Shown here: piece by piece, positions 44,181-59,945 of the stretch
How the letters are laid out: every line of letters starts with the position of its first letter
How positions within the stretch are numbered: position 1 is the first letter of the stretch
Notes under the pieces: model-generated
What the model was told of the DNA's origin: nothing
Databases searched by the model: none
Seen by the model: only the letters and a program-made list of their open reading frames with translations
Assembly: GCF_009914755.1 (NCBI RefSeq)
Contig: NC_060933.1
DNA length: 64,000 bases
Direction: 5' to 3' (one strand)
DNA from: the human T2T-CHM13v2.0 reference genome, Homo sapiens
Made by a program: the position numbers and the translations under genes

Positions 44181-44530
44181 GCATGGAAAATATTTAAAAT
44201 GCTGTAAGGATACACAGAAATGAGAATTTTTAGTACAGTGGTCATTAGAAATGCTAACTGGCAAAGCCATGTTGGAGAGCAATTTGAAAATAATATGTAA
44301 ATTTAATGATGTATTTATCTTTCATCCAGTAATTCTACTTTTAGATATTTATAAAAAGTTTTGCACATGGGCACAAGTTAGTATGTATAAGAATGTTCTT
44401 TAAGATGGAGGGATATACTACATCACTCAACAAAAACAAAGCTGTTATACAAAAACATAATGCTAGCTGAAAAGGTAAGTTGCAGTGTTATAAACATATT
44501 ATAATATCCATATAACAAATTTTAAAACAT

Positions 44531-44826
<296 letters not shown>

Positions 44827-44975
44827 TTAAAAATATGTTACTTTCTCTATTGTTATTCTACAAGTATGTAGAATAGCTCAAAATATGCATACTTTTGCAA
44901 ATACTAAGTTCAAGGTATTATTTGCATCCTAAGATGAAAGAGGTGAGGGAATTTGAATCATGGATGAATACCAGT

Positions 44976-45466
44976 TGTGGTAGGGAGAATAATGGACTCC
45001 CATATATCAACTATGTGCCCATTCTAACCGCCAGAACCTGTGGCTGTCACGTTACATAGCAAAGGGAAATAAAGTTGGCAAATGAAATTAAGGTTGCTAA
45101 TTAACTGACCTTAAGATGAAGAGATTATCCTGGAGTATTTCAGTAGGCATAACATAATTAACAAAGGTCCTTAAAAGTGAAAGGGGGAGGCAGAAGAGTC
45201 AGCATCAATCAGAGTGACACAATGTGTAAAAGACTTGACTGGCCATTGCTGGCTTTGAAAAGGAAAGGGGCCTTGAGCCAGGGAATGCAGGCAGTCTCTG
45301 GAAGTTGGGTAAGGTAAGAAAACAGATTATCCCCTGGAGTCTTCAGAAGGAACACAGCCGCACGGAGACCTTGATTTTAGGCAAGTTAGATGCTTCTCTG
45401 ATTTCTGTGTTATTTTGGGCCATGAAGTTTTAGATAATTCGTTACAGCAACAATAGAAAACTAATA
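44976..45466 (+). mobile_element. MLT1D-like LTR
   Basis: 'tgtggtagggagaataatgg...gttacagcaacaatagaaaactaata'. Confidence 0.85.
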
Positions 45467-46721
45467 GGAGTTCATTTGTTTCTGTAACACTTTATTACTT
45501 AAAAAAATACAACTTCATCATATAAATCTTATGTTTTCTTTCCTATTACATCAGCTTGCACAATGTCATTTTCTTATTAATCTCCAATTTATAGGGGCTT
45601 CATAGTGACAGCTAGAAGTTGGAGTAAGATGACCAGCTGGCCCTGTGGAACATCCAATGCCTGGGGTGTTTGAAATCTTGTGGATACTTTGGATAGTGTC
45701 CAGACAAATAGCAGTTATGATTACATCCTTACACTGTTAAATGTTCAGTGCCACAGCTTGCTTTGGTCTCCGAAGGGATCAACAATTTTCTTATGTGGCA
45801 AATTATTATTATTTTATTTAGCATATTTCTACAATTACGTTCGGCTACAAAATATTCATCATTAGGGGCAGATATGATAAAGCTATTAACTGCTGTCAAG
45901 AAACATGGATAGTTTTCTTAGGAAAGAAAAAAGAACGATAAAGATGTTCACAAATTGGTTCTTTCCGTTCTGCTGCAACTCCTGTCTTTGTGAACGCCAA
46001 ATATAGCTAATGGTCCACCACATATTGCTTAGGCACTAACATCTAATTTCTGGTTATGCTTTATTTCCCATAATACTTTATATTTCCAATACCACTTTGT
46101 TTTTCTTCCTTCAACTCTCTGCCATCCAAGTCTTCTACTTGAATAATTTTCAAGAAATTTTGGGTTGTAAACAATTGGTAGTTTCTTCCATAATTATCTT
46201 TCCCGTAACCAAATGTATTTTAAATTGCTTTCAGGATAAGTTTATTTATGTTTTCATCTTAATGTACTCTTGTGGACCCTGTTAACCTTAAACATTTGCT
46301 TGACATCTGGCATTTTTTTAAGTCTCTAAGTATTTACCTCTTAATCTTTGCCTTTTGCTATGAATATATATGTCTGAGCCTTCATATTATAATACTCAGC
46401 GGGTTCTTTATCTGATCCTGTTGAGGACACAGGCAATTTTTTCCAATGAGGAAAAAGGGCACAATGAAATCTCATGACTTTCTTTTTACTGAAGGAGAGA
46501 ATATTTTGTTCTGTATTACCAGAAAATGAAAAGAAGGAAACTTGAAAAGACCACTCCTAGTATTTTCCTAATTTTACTCATAGTAAGTTGGAGAATGGGG
46601 ACAATATTTTTAAAGAAGATAGTTGAGAAACATTATTTGGTAAGTGCTCTAACATGAAATTAAGACGACTGCTTCTTTTATTCGGTGAAAATTCCTGTAG
46701 AGCGTAGAATAGTGCTGTAAA

Positions 46722-46948
46722 TTTCCCCCTCCTTCCCTTTCTCTCTTCCTTCCTTTCTCCTTTTCTTCTTCCTCTCTTCCCCTCTCCCTCCTCCCCTCCT
46801 GCTCTCCTTTCCTTCTTCTTCCTTCCTCCTTTCTCTCTCCCTCCTTATTTCTTTTCCTCTCCCTCTTTATATTTTCTTCCTTCTTTCCTTCCTGCCTTCC
46901 TGCCTTCTTTCCTCACTTTCCCTTTTAATTTTCTTTCTCATCTCTTTC
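46722..46948. repeat. CT-rich low-complexity polypyrimidine tract
   Basis: About 230 nt almost all C/T. Confidence 0.9.
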
Positions 46949-47758
46949 AGACCATTTCCCTTTTTCACACATGCCCTTTGTTTCTTAAATCTCTTAAGTC
47001 CACCTTTATTTTTCTTCTGTTTAGCAATCTCTCCCATTCTTTTTGCTATCTTGTTTCTGTACTCACATACTTTTCCTTATAACCTTCATATGATTTATTT
47101 CCAGGCTATTTCTACGGTAACAATACTGGTTCAGGCCTAAAGCACTACAGAGGCACAGTGAAGTGGTTTATGTCATCCTTTATAATGCAAATCCAGATAT
47201 AACAGAGTTGTTGATTGCCTACCATCTTCCCCCCAGCCCTCCACCTCCTCTATCTATGAGTATGGGGCAAAGTCATATCTTTCCAAATGGGGTAGAGGTG
47301 GGGGTGGTGTTTGTAGGTCAAGAGGGCGAGCTTCAGGCAACATATTTAGGGTAGTGGGAGAACAGGGGATGAGTCCCCTCCAGATCTAGAATTCTTTTGT
47401 CCCAATCTTCCTGGTAAAGCTGACAAAAGGGCAGCAACAAAGTGGGAGATTCCTGGAATAATTGTCCCTGTCCTGGAAGTCGTAGGCAGTCTCCAGGACC
47501 CGGAATCATCTCCAATGTTACTTAAACTAGAGGGATAATAATGGTTGATGACTGAATTAACTTTAATATTTTCTGATCATGTCCTGTCTTCACTCATAAC
47601 CTTACATAGTTTTCAAAATTTTGCTTTCAAAGATCTCCAAGTATTTGCACTCTTCCCTATAATCTATTATTTCTCTAGTCCAACTATCCTTTCTAACCCA
47701 ATAAAAACCCAATTAATACTATTTTTGTATAAATAATTTTGGAACTTCCTATGCTTAT

Positions 47759-47761
<3 letters not shown>

Positions 47762-47795
<34 letters not shown>

Positions 47796-48078
47796 AGAAA
47801 GAGAGGTTCTCACTCTGTCATGCAGTGTGGAGTGCCATGGTGACATCATAACTCATTGCAGCCTCCAACTCCTGGGCTCAAGAGATCCTTCTGCCTCAGT
47901 GTCCTGAGTAGCTGAGACTACAGGCATGCACCACCATGCCCAACTAATTTTAAAATCCTTTTATAGAGACAGAGTCTTGTTGTGTTGCCCAGGCTAGTCT
48001 TGAACTCTTGGCTCAAATGATCCTCCCACCTCAGCCTCCCAAAGTGTTGGGATTACAGGAGTGAGCCACCGCATGCTT
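47762..48078 (-). mobile_element. AluJ with a (CA)n microsatellite (47762-47793) at the tail position
   Basis: 'cattgcagcctccaactcctgggctcaagagatcc'. Confidence 0.9.
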
Positions 48079-49341
48079 CCCAGGGCGTATTTTTGAATCG
48101 AGCACATATCTTCCTTTATCTCATCCTGCTTAATCATTTAACCTATTCTAATTTCATAGCTTTCTCTTATATTCATGAAAGTTGTATCTTCTTACATGCT
48201 GCCCAAAGGATTGCTCAAAGTTTCCTGTAATAAATCAAATAGTAACATGCCTTTCCTCTGACAGTCTTGGGTGAGGTTCCCTTTATATAGTGCAGTATTT
48301 TTGAAATTTTCTTTTCCATGTTCTTCTGTTTATTGATCTTTAGGTGATGAGACAGCCTATTCTGATCTAGTATTTGCTGGCAAATGGGTAGGGAACTTGT
48401 CAGCTGCTTTTGGAGCTCCATTTAACTGCTGGAGAAATTGCCTTCTCAGATTACCAGGGTTCGAGTTGATCTGGTTGTTTCTGTGCCAGGATTTCACAGA
48501 CTTTTACTAAGTGCACCCTTTAGCTTAACAGAGATGGAACCTTCTGAACCTTGCTTTAATTTTTAACTTAAAAAAATACAATTATTTACATTATTAAAAT
48601 TATTATTTTAGTTAATTTTTATTCAGGCATAACTCATATAAAGTTCTAAACTTTAAGGATGTAACTCAATGACTTTTTGCATATGTATAAACAAATACAA
48701 CTAACTGTCTTCCATGTCAGGATATGGAACACTTAGAGCATCACATACAGCTCCCTAGGACATTTTTCTAGTCAATAACATCCCCTCTCATCTGTGGAGG
48801 TAAACACCCTTTTAGCATCTATCACCATTAATTTATTTTTCTATTCTTGAACTTTCTATAGAATCATGCATTATTGCCTCTTTTGTATCTGCCTTGTTGC
48901 ATGTAGTGACAGTTCTTTTTTAAATTATTTATATGTATTATCCCGTGTCTTAACATATCACAATCTATGTTTTCATTTTACTGTTAATAGTTATTTTTGT
49001 TGTTTATAGCATTTGGTTGTAATAAATAAAGTAGTTTTGAACATTCTTGACCATTTCTTTTGGTGTACAAATACACTAATTTTTCTTGACTGGACCTAGG
49101 AGTGGAATTGCTGGGTCATAAAATAGCATATGTTTAACTTTGGTCAATACTCTAGGTTTACAAGGTAGTTTTATCAAACTACACTCCAATTTGCAGCATA
49201 TAAAAATTTCAGTTGCTCTATATTTTTCCCAACATTTATTATGTTAAATAATTTTTCATGTTAGTCATTGTGATTGATGTGCAGGAAAGATCTTGTTTTA
49301 ACTTCATTTCTTTAATGATTACATTGATGTTTTTATCACAC

Positions 49342-49737
49342 TGTATTAGTCCATTTTCACACTGCTGTAAAGAAATACCCAAGAGTGGGTAATTTATAAT
49401 GGAAAGAGGTTTGACTCACAGTCCCGCGTGGCGGAAAGACCTTAGGAAACTTATACTCATGGCAGAAGGCGAAGGGGAAGCAGGCACCTTCCTCACAAGT
49501 TGGCAGGAGGGAGAAGTGAGAGCACAGGAAAAAAAAAACCAAAAACCTGCCACTTTTAAAACCATCAGACCTAGTGAGAATTCACTCACTCTTAGGAGAA
49601 CAGCATGGGAGAAACTGCCCCCATGATCCAATTACCTTCCTCCCTTCACACGTGGAGATTACAGGTTCCTCCCTCGACATGCAGGGATTATAATTTGAGA
49701 TGAGATTTGGGTTGGGACACAGAGCCAAACCATATCA
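49342..49737 (-). mobile_element. THE1C/D MaLR solo LTR
   Basis: 'tgtattagtccattttcacactgct...gacacagagccaaaccatatca'; perfect 5-bp TSD cacac. Confidence 0.92.
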
Positions 49738-49848
49738 CACACAAAATACACACATACACAGTATCACTTTATCACTTTTGCTCATTAAAAAATTGGGGTG
49801 CCCATCTTTTCATGATTTGTAGTAGTTTTTTACGTTCTCCTGATGTGA

Positions 49849-50327
<479 letters not shown>

Positions 50328-53300
50328 TAACATTTAGGTCTATGATCCATATAAAATTAATTTCTGTCTATGGTGTGAAGTAGCAATGGTTCATGCTTCT
50401 CAATTTATATATCCAATTGTTCTGAAACCATTTATTGAAAAGACTGTCCTTTCTTTATTAAAACATACAGGTATCTTTAAAGTAAATCAGGCAACCAATT
50501 ATATGTGAATCTGTTTCTAGACTTTAATCTGTTTAATTGGTATATTTGTCTATCTTTTTGAAAATACCATATTATCTTAATAACAGTCACTTAATATAAG
50601 TCTTGAATTCTGCTAATGTAAGATCTCAGTTTCTATTCTTTCAGGATTACCTTGGCTATTTTAAGTCCTTTAAATTTTTATATCAATTTTAGAATCAACT
50701 TGTCATTTTACTGTCACACAATAAACATGCTGATATTTTGATTAGGATTGCACTGACACTGCAGATCAGTTTGAAGAGAATTGACATTTTAACAACATCC
50801 AATATTTTTGTCCACAAATATTGCATATATCTGCATTTACTTAAGTCTCTTAAAATTTCTTTCGATAATATTTTATTGCTTTCCTTTGTAGAGGCTTCAT
50901 ATAGATTTTATTAGATTTACTGTTATATTTGATATTTTTGATGCTAGGTAATTACCATTCTTTTTAAAATTATAGTTTCCATTTTTTTCTTGCTAGTGTA
51001 TAAAAATATTTTTGTATCCATAAACCATTAATTCACTGTGTCTATTAATTTACTTTTAATCCTTATTGTAGGTTTTTAAATATTTTTTACATATACCATC
51101 ATTTTTCTTTCTTTTCTGTTTTCAAACCTAAAAGGAAGATCACAAGCCAATACATCTTAAAAACATAGATGTAATTTATAAACATAAATTACTGATAAAA
51201 TAGAATATTTTCTTCTTACCAGTAAGGTGCTAATTGTAAAATTTTTGTGGCTAAATTTATCAGATTTAGATAGTTCCTTTCCATTACTAGTATGCTAAGA
51301 GCTTTTATCATGAGCAGATTTTAGATTTTCTGAAATGATTTTGTGCATATATCGAGATGATAAACTTTAAAATTCTGTTAAAATAATGAATTACACTGAT
51401 TGATTTTCACATGTTAATTCAACCTTGCACTCCTTCTTGGTAATGATATATACTTTATATATTGTTGAATTCAACTCATAAATATCCATTTAGGGTTTTA
51501 CGTCTATGGTTTTAAGAGGTATTGGCTTGTGATTTTCCTTTTATGTAATGTTGTTTCCAGATTTTGATATCAGAGATATATTGATATTATGGGCAGTGGG
51601 AAGTGTTTTCTCTTTTTATATTCTTTGGAAGAGTGTGTGTGAAATTTGTATTTTTTTCTTTAAATGTTTGATAGAATTTACTATGGAAGCCATCTGGGCC
51701 TGGAGTATTCTTTGTGAGAATTTTTAAAAAGCTTTATTGAGCTATAATTGACATTTAATACATTACAGAAATTGCAAAACAATTTTTTAAGTTTTGAGAT
51801 ACATACATACTTGTGGAGCTATCACTACAATCCAGATAATGAACATACCCATCATCTTTAAAATTCCTCCCTCCACTTCTCTGATCCCAGTAAAGACATT
51901 TATTCTGTCACTATATATTAATATGCATTTTTATAATTTTTTTGTAAGTGAAATTACACAGTACATACTCTTTATTCCTGGCTTCTTTCATCCAACATAA
52001 CCATTTAAATATTCATTCAGGTTGTGTGTATCAGTATCAGTAGTTTTTTCCTTTTTGTCAATGAGTAGTATTCCATTGTACAGGTATAACACAGTTTATC
52101 TATTTACCTCCTTTGCATTGTTTCTTTAAACACTGTTTTTTTACCTATTTACCTCTTTTTGGGTTGACTCCAGTTTTTGCCTATTACAAATAAATCTGCT
52201 ATGAATATTCATGTACAAGTATTTGAATGGTCATTTGCTTTCATTTTTTCTTGGGTGAGCATGACTAGATCAAATGGTTGGTGTATATATAAACTTTAAG
52301 AAAGTGTAAACTGTTTTCTGAAAATGTTGTACCATTTTATATTCTTACCAGCTGTATATAAGAGTTTCAGTTCTTCCACATCCTTATCAACACCTGGTAT
52401 GATCAGTCTTTTAAATTTTAGCCCTTCTAATAGTGATATTATAGTATCTCATCCTGATTTTGTGTTTCCCTGATATCTAATGATGTTAAGAATCTTGTCA
52501 TGTGCTCTGTAGCCTTTGTCATACTTATGTATATATGTATGTATCTATCTATTTAATTTGCTATTTTTTTCCTACTAGTCTGACTTTTCTGCTCATTGTA
52601 CATATATTGTGCTGCTGGAAGTTGTAAAGGAGTTTGGTGATTCTCTCTGTTCATTTTCTTAAAAATCCTCTGTTCTTTCTGTTTTGTTTTTGATATTTTC
52701 TATTGCTATACTTTAAAACCTTCCCATAATTTCATCTATTGCATTTTTAAATTCTATAAAATTATGGTTTTCATCTCTGGAAGTTTCAATTTGATTCTTT
52801 TTTATATGTTCTATATCGCTAATTAACTTTTTGAATATATGGAATACAGTTATCCTTAATGTTTTAATTTCATCTGTTAATTTTAACATCTGTCAGTTTT
52901 AGTTTGGTTTCAATTGATTGTTTTTTGGTTTCCATTTATTGCTTTGTTCTTTGTTATGGATTATATTACCCTGCTTTTTTGCATAACTGGTTATCTTTCA
53001 TTGGATGTCAGATATTGCAAATTTTACCTTTATTGGTACTATTTTTCTATTATAAATATTCTTGAGCTTTTGTCCCAGATGCAGTTAAATTACCTGGAAA
53101 CAGTTTGATTCTTCTGGCTATTACTTTCAAGATTTGTTAGTTTGGACCAGAACCATACTCATTTAGGGTTAATTATTTCTCACTACTGAGATAAAACACT
53201 TGAGTGTGCTCTACTCATTGTCCACGAATCATGATTTTTTCCAGTTTTGCTGGAGAAAAGAGACACTATTCCGGGTCCTATGTAAGCATCAGACATTGTT

Positions 53301-53715
53301 ATCTCTAACCCTTTTAGCTTTTCTCCTTGGCCTCAGGCAATTTCTTCAATCAATTTCCTGATCAGACTCAGCTGAGTACTCTGAAGTTCTCCGAATTTCC
53401 TTCTCTGTTGCTTTCTACACTCTGGTACTCTTTCTAGAAAACTCTAGTTGCTTTGGTGTCCCCAGACTTTCAGCACTGTCTCCTCAACTCAAGGAGTCCC
53501 CTGGGCTCTGCCAGGATTTCCCCTCTGCACTGCTGCCTGGAAACTCTCTAAAGGTAGTAAGCTGGGGCAAGAGTGGGTCTCATCCCATTTGTTTTGTATC
53601 TCCCAGTGCAAAACAAATGTTTTGATGTCAGGCCTCATGTCAAGTTTCATTTTTGAATAAAACTCTTGTTCCAAATATTATGTTATTTTATTGGTTGATT
53701 AAAGTGGAAGGTAAG

Positions 53716-54096
53716 TGATATGGTTTGGCTGTGTCCCCACCCAAAATCTCATCTTGAGTTGTAACCTTTATAATCGCCGCGAGTCGAGAGAGATCAGGTG
53801 GAGGTAATTGAATCATAGAGTGGTTTCCCCCCATGCTGTTCTCGTGGTAGTGAGTGGGTTCTCACAAGATCTGATGATTTTATAAGTGTTTGGTAGTTCT
53901 TCCTGTGTTCATTCTCCTTCCTGTAGCCTAGTGAAGAAGGTGCCTTGCTTCCCCTTTGCCTTCCATCGTGATTGTAAGTTTCCTGAGCCACCCGCTACCC
54001 AGCCATGCTGAACTGTGAGTCAATTACATCTCTTTCCTTTATAAATTGCCCAGTCTTGGGCAGTTCTTTATAGCAGTGTGAAAACAGACTAATAGA
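53716..54096 (+). mobile_element. THE1C/D MaLR solo LTR
   Basis: 'tgatatggtttggctgtgtccccacccaaa...tatagcagtgtgaaaacagactaata'; TSD gtaag/gtagg. Confidence 0.92.
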
Positions 54097-54164
54097 GTAG
54101 GTAATGGTCGTCTGTGAAAAAGGTTTTAATTACAAGCTAAATTTAGTTTGTCTTAGTTTTAAAA

Positions 54165-57100
54165 ATATTTATTTTTATTTTTGAAAATTAATTTTAATTG
54201 ACAAAAATTATATATATTGTATACCATATGATGTTTTGAAATATGTGTATACATTGTAAAATGGCTAAATTGAGGTAATTAACATGCATTATTTTCTATA
54301 CTTTTTGTGGTGAAAACACTTCATATTTACTCTTAATGATTTTCAAGAATACAATACATTGTTATTAATGGTAGTCACCATATGGTTCAGTAGATCACTT
54401 GAAATTATTCCTTTGATTTAGCTGAAATTTTTTGCCCTTTGACCATCATCTATCCAACCCCCTACCCCCACTCTCTGTCCCTGTTAACCATCATTCTACT
54501 GTCGCTTTTTTGAATTCAACTTTTAAAAATTCCACACGTAAGTGAGATCATGTGGTATTTGTCTTTCTGTCCCTGGCTTATTTGGCTTAACATAATGCCT
54601 TCCAGGTTATCCATGTTGTCACAACTGACAGGATTTCCCTCTTTTTAATGGCTGAAAAATATTCCATTGTGTGTACATACCACATTTTATTTATCTATTC
54701 ATCAGTCAATGAACATTTAGGTTGCTTCTGTGTCTTGGCTATTGTGAATAATGCTGCAATGAACATGGGAATGCAGATATCTGTTTTACATATTGATTTC
54801 ATTTTCTTTAGATGTATACCCAGAAGCTAATTGTTGGATCACATGATAGTTTTATTTTTAACTTTTTGAGGAACCACGATACTACTTCCCATAATGTCTC
54901 TTATATTCCTACCAACAGTGTGCAAGAGTTCTCTTTTATCCACATCCTTGCCAACTCTTATTATTTGTCTTTTTGATAACAGCCATTCTAATAGGTGTGA
55001 GATGATATCTCATGTGGTTTTGATTTGCATTTCCCTGACGATTAGTGATGTTGAGTGTATACTGGTTGGTCATATGTTTCCTTCTGAGAAATGTCTGTAA
55101 AATTTATTCACCTATTATTAAATCAGGTTATTTGTTTTCTTGCTATTGAATTACGTTCCTTATATATCTTAGTTATTACCCCCTTATCAGATGTATGGTT
55201 TGAAATTTTTTTTCTCCCATTCTAGGTCATCTCCTTACTCTGTTTGTTTCCTTTGCTGTGCAGAAGCTTTTAAGTTTGATGCAATCCTATTTGTCTATTT
55301 TGCTTTTGTTGCCTGTGCTTTTAGGGTCATATCCAAAAAATAATTGCTTAGACCAATGTCATGGAGGTTTTCCCTTATATTTTCTTCTAGTAGTTCTAGT
55401 TTCAGGTCTTAAAATCTTTAATCTACTTTGAGTTGATTTTTTATATGGTGTGGGGGTACGGGTGCAGTTTCATTTTTCTGCGTGTGAATATCCAGTTGTC
55501 CCGACACCATTTATTGAAGAGATTGTCTTTTCTCCATTGTGCGTTCTTGGCACCTTTTTTTGAAAATCAGTTGACTGTAAATGTGTCTGGGCTTTCTATT
55601 CCATTCCATTGGTCTATGTGTCTGTTCTGATTCCAGCACTCTTTATGCTCTTTTGATTGTAATAGCTTTGTGGTATATTTTAAGGTCAGGTAGTTTGATG
55701 TCTACAGCTTTTTTCTTTCTGCTCAACATTGCTTTGCCTATTTGGGATCTTTTGTAGTTCCATATGAATTTTAGATAGTTTTTTCTATTTCTGTGGAAAA
55801 TGTCACTGAAATTTTGATAAAGATTGTATTAAATCTGTAGGTCACTTTGGGCCAGAATAAAAATTTTAGCAATATTAATTATTTCAATTTATAAGCCCTA
55901 GATTTCAATTTATTAACCCTAGATTTCAATTTGTTTGTGTTTGTTTTCAATTTATTTCATCAGTATTTTATAGTTTCCAGTGCACAAATCTTTCATGTCC
56001 TTGATTAAACTTATTTCTAAGTATTTTTTTATAGCTAGTATAAATGGCATTGTTTTCTTAATTTCTTTTTTCAGGAGGTTCTCTGTTAGCATATAGAAAT
56101 GCTACTAATTTTTGTATGTGGATTTTGTATGCTGAAACTTCACTGAATTTGTTTAATAGTTCTAACAGGTTTTTGGTGGACTTTTTGAGTTTTCCATATA
56201 TAAGATCATGCTGTTTGTAAACACGGCTAATTTAACTTCTTTCTTTCCAACTTGAATGCCTTTTATTTTCTTTTGCCTAATTGCTCTGGCTAGAACTTTC
56301 AGTGTTATATTGAATAAAAGTGACAAGAGTGGTCATTGTTGTATTGTTCCTGATCTTAGACGACAATTTTTCAACTGTGTTGAATATTATGTTTGCCATG
56401 GGTTTGTCATATATGGCTTTTATTGTGTTTAGGTACTTTTTTTCTATACCTACTTTGTTGAGAGTTTTTATCATGAAAGCATGTTGAATTTCATCAAATG
56501 CCTTTTCTGCATCTGTTGAGATGATCATATGATTTTTATCTTTCATTCTGTCAACATGGTGTGTTACATTTATAGGACTGGGTATTTTCATCCATCTTCA
56601 TATTCCAGGGGATACATCTCCATTGATCATGGTGAATGATACTTTTAATATGCTGTTGAACTTGGTATGCTAGCATTTTGTTGAGAAGTTTTACAAATAT
56701 GTTAATTAAGTGTATTGGCCTGTAATTTTCTTTTCTTGTATTTTCGCCTGGCTTTGATATCAGGATAATGCTGGCCTTTTAAAATGAGTTTGGAAATGCT
56801 CCCTTTTCTTGAATTTTTGTTGTTGTTGTTGCTGCTGTTTGAGACAGAGTTTCACTCTGCCACCGAGGCTGGAGTGCAGTGGTGTGATCTTGACTCACTA
56901 CAACCTCCACCTTCTGGGTTCAAGTGATTCTCCTTCCTCAGCCTCCTGAGTAGCTAGGATTACAGGTGTGCACCACCATGCCCAGCTAATTTTTGTATTT
57001 TTAGTAGAGATGGGATTTCACCATGTTGGCCAGGCTGGTTTAGAACTCATGTCCTCAGGTGATCCGCCATTCTTGGCCTCCCAAAGTGCTGGGATTACAG

Positions 57101-57843
57101 GCGTGAGCCATCCCGCCCAGTCTTCTTGAATATTTTGAAAGAGTGAGAAAGATTGGTATTAGTTCTTTCAATGTTGGTGGATTTTTGTAAAGAAGCTTTC
57201 AGTCCCTGAGCTTTTCTTTATGAGTGACTTTTCTTGTTGGTTCAATCTTCTTACCCATTATTGGTCTGTTCAGATTTTTATTTATTCATAATTCAGTCTT
57301 TATAGGTGGTATGTGTCTAGAAATTTATGTATTTCTTCTATGTTATTCAATTCTTGGTGTATAATTATTCATAATATTCTTTTATAATCCTTTGTATCTC
57401 TGTGGTATTGCTTGAAATGTCTCTTCTTTCATTTCTGATTACATTTATTTGAGTCTTCTCTCTTTCTTAGTCTAGTTAAAGGCTTGCCAGTTTTATCTTT
57501 TCAAAAATCCAACTCTTAGTTTTATTAATCTTTTCTATTGTTTTTCTAGTCTCTACCTCATATATTTCTCTCTGATCTTTATTATTTCTTTCTTTCTACT
57601 GATTTTTTCTTTTAGTTTGTTCTTTTTCTAGTTGTTTGAAGTGTAATCTTGGGTGATTTATTCAGTCTTTCTTCTTTTTTGATGTAGATGTTTATTGCTA
57701 TAAACTTTCCTCTCAGAACTACTTTTTCTGCATTCTATAAGTTTCATTATATTGTGTATCCATTTTCACTTATATCAAGATATTTTTTATTTTTTTCTTT
57801 GACCCATTGGTTGGTCTGAATTATGTTGTTTAATTTTCATGTA
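54165..57843 (-). mobile_element. L1MA (about MA4-7), ~3.4 kb ORF2 plus 3' UTR, frameshifted
   Basis: L1MA-type 3' end; ORF 56277-56591 carries [19 protein letters not shown] (RT motif). Confidence 0.88.
56815..57122 (-). mobile_element. AluSx-like with a (TTG)n tail
   Basis: TSD ttcttgaat on both sides. Confidence 0.93.
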
Positions 57844-58295
57844 GCACATTAAATTTAATTGATAAATGACTATTCAGAGATGTTTTCCTTATGTCAGCTG
57901 CTATTTTATAAGTTTCAAGGAGTTCTTCCATTTCATCCAATTTTCACATTTATTTGCATGATATTTTTTATTATATTTTCTTATTTATTAACAATTTTTC
58001 ATAATGTTCCCTTTTTATCCTAATTTGATAACATTGGATATAGCTGCCAATTGCTTCTTTATACAGTTCATGCAGCTACTGCCAAGCTATTTGAGTTTGC
58101 CTTGTCATAGAGTATTACTCGCCACTCCAGTGTAGTTAAAAAAAAAAAAAAAGCCCACTGAACTAGGTATCTAAAAACATGGGATAAAATAAGGCTTTGA
58201 CAGATCATAATTTTGAACTTATTATGTAAATTTTGTAGACCTTTGTTTCCTTACCTGTAGAATGAAAATAATCGTGGCTATGTGGTTTAGAAAAC

Positions 58296-58651
58296 TGTCT
58301 TAATCTATTGGGGCTGCTATAGCAAATACTTTAGATTGGGTGGCTTATAAACAACAGAAATTTACTTCTCACATTTCCGGAGGCTGAGAAGTCAAGGTGC
58401 TATCAGAATTGGTGTCTGCCGAGGTTTTATTCCCTACTTTATCGATGGTGCCTTTTTGTTGTTTCCTCTCATGATGGAAGGGGCAAACAAGCTCTCTTAA
58501 GGTTCCTTTATAAGGGCACAAATCACATTCATGAGGATTCTGCCATCATAACCTAATCACCTCCTAAATGACCCACCTGTTAATTAATTGCAGTGGTGAT
58601 TAGGTTTCAATGTATGAATTTTGTGGGGACACGAACTTTCAGACCATAGCA
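58296..58651 (-). mobile_element. MLT1A0/A1-like LTR
   Basis: 'gggctgctatagcaaa...gcttataaacaacagaaattt...cagaccatagca'; TSD aaaac/agaac. Confidence 0.88.
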
Positions 58652-59896
58652 AGAACCAAATAAGAGTAGAAGGGCATGCTAAATAATGAAGAGAGTTATG
58701 AGTAAAGGATCCTGGTTACAAGTCCTGGATCTCACCCTTATAAACTAGAGCTTGGACAAGTTGGTAAATATCATGAAGACAGCATCTGCATATATTTTGT
58801 TTTTCTCTCTATCCACAGAATAGCACCTATATAGTAAGTATGCAAATGGTAATTATTGAATTAAATGCTTTGCCAAATAAGGGGATTTTAGAAGATTATA
58901 CGTAATGTCTCTTTAAGTTATATATTCTGTAATTCTAGGTAATATATGTAAAAGTGCTTTGAAGATTGAACAGTACAATTGTAAGAAATTATTTTTAAAA
59001 TCCTGGTTACATAATTGTAAAGCTGCTAAAGCAGAAGTAAGACATTTTTGATATTATTGCCAGATAACTGGTGGCAGGCTTGGATTCTTCAATAGGGAGT
59101 AGACAGAGTATGGACTATAAAGTTCTGCTGGACTAAATGATAATTATTACATATCAATATTAGATGGGCCACTGGCATCCCCTGAGTTTTCAGTTTATTC
59201 TATAAGTGCTTGCATAATACTTTTAAGATATACTTGGCACCTGTATCTAACAATTATAATACATTGAGCCTTTCCTCCCAATTTCCTTTTGAATATTAGT
59301 AAGGCTATATAGTTGGCTCCTACCTAGTAAGAAATACTCCCTTGCTGCTACATTTTTGAAATGGTGTGGCCAAAATTGGTATCCAGTAAACAAACACTTA
59401 TTTATATACCACTGAGTGTGGGTAATAATGAGCTTAAATAATGCATGTATGTGGGTCATTTGTTCTAGAACATTGTGGTTTTAAACCTATTGCAGATAGA
59501 CCAAGTTAATTCTCAGGCTTCTTTATTTTCTAAAACGTCAGACCAGTAAATAGAATATTTTATGACATGTAAGTTCTGCTGTCATTTTGGATCTTAAATC
59601 TACATCTTAAAAAATGATATAGCATAATAATGATAGTGGTAACCTGAAGCAATTTTTAAAGCTTGTTTTCTGTTAATGGGGGACATTACCTATTTTCTTT
59701 TTGACTGTGAAAGATTCAGGTCAGCAAAGATCTAGCAAAATGCATGTCATTGCAGATTTCCTTCATTGTCACCTGTTGCTTGGGCATCGTCACATGTGAA
59801 AGAGAAAATGATTTCTTCTTTTCTCTTTTCTTTGTTTCCTGTCTTTTTAAATGTTCTGACTGCCTGGTGTGTGTCCAGGACAAAATGTTTTTTGTG

Positions 59897-59898
<2 letters not shown>

Positions 59899-59935
<37 letters not shown>

Positions 59936-59945
59936 TGTGTGTGTG
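59899..59945. repeat. (GT)n microsatellite followed by G-tracts
   Basis: Seen directly. Confidence 0.95.

Noticed and set aside
55880-55932. ccctagatttcaattt duplication
   Set aside because: Trivial slippage inside a dead L1MA
56277-56591. RT-motif ORF suggesting a retron or other novel RT system
   Set aside because: A fragment of a frameshifted L1MA ORF2 that drifts out of frame
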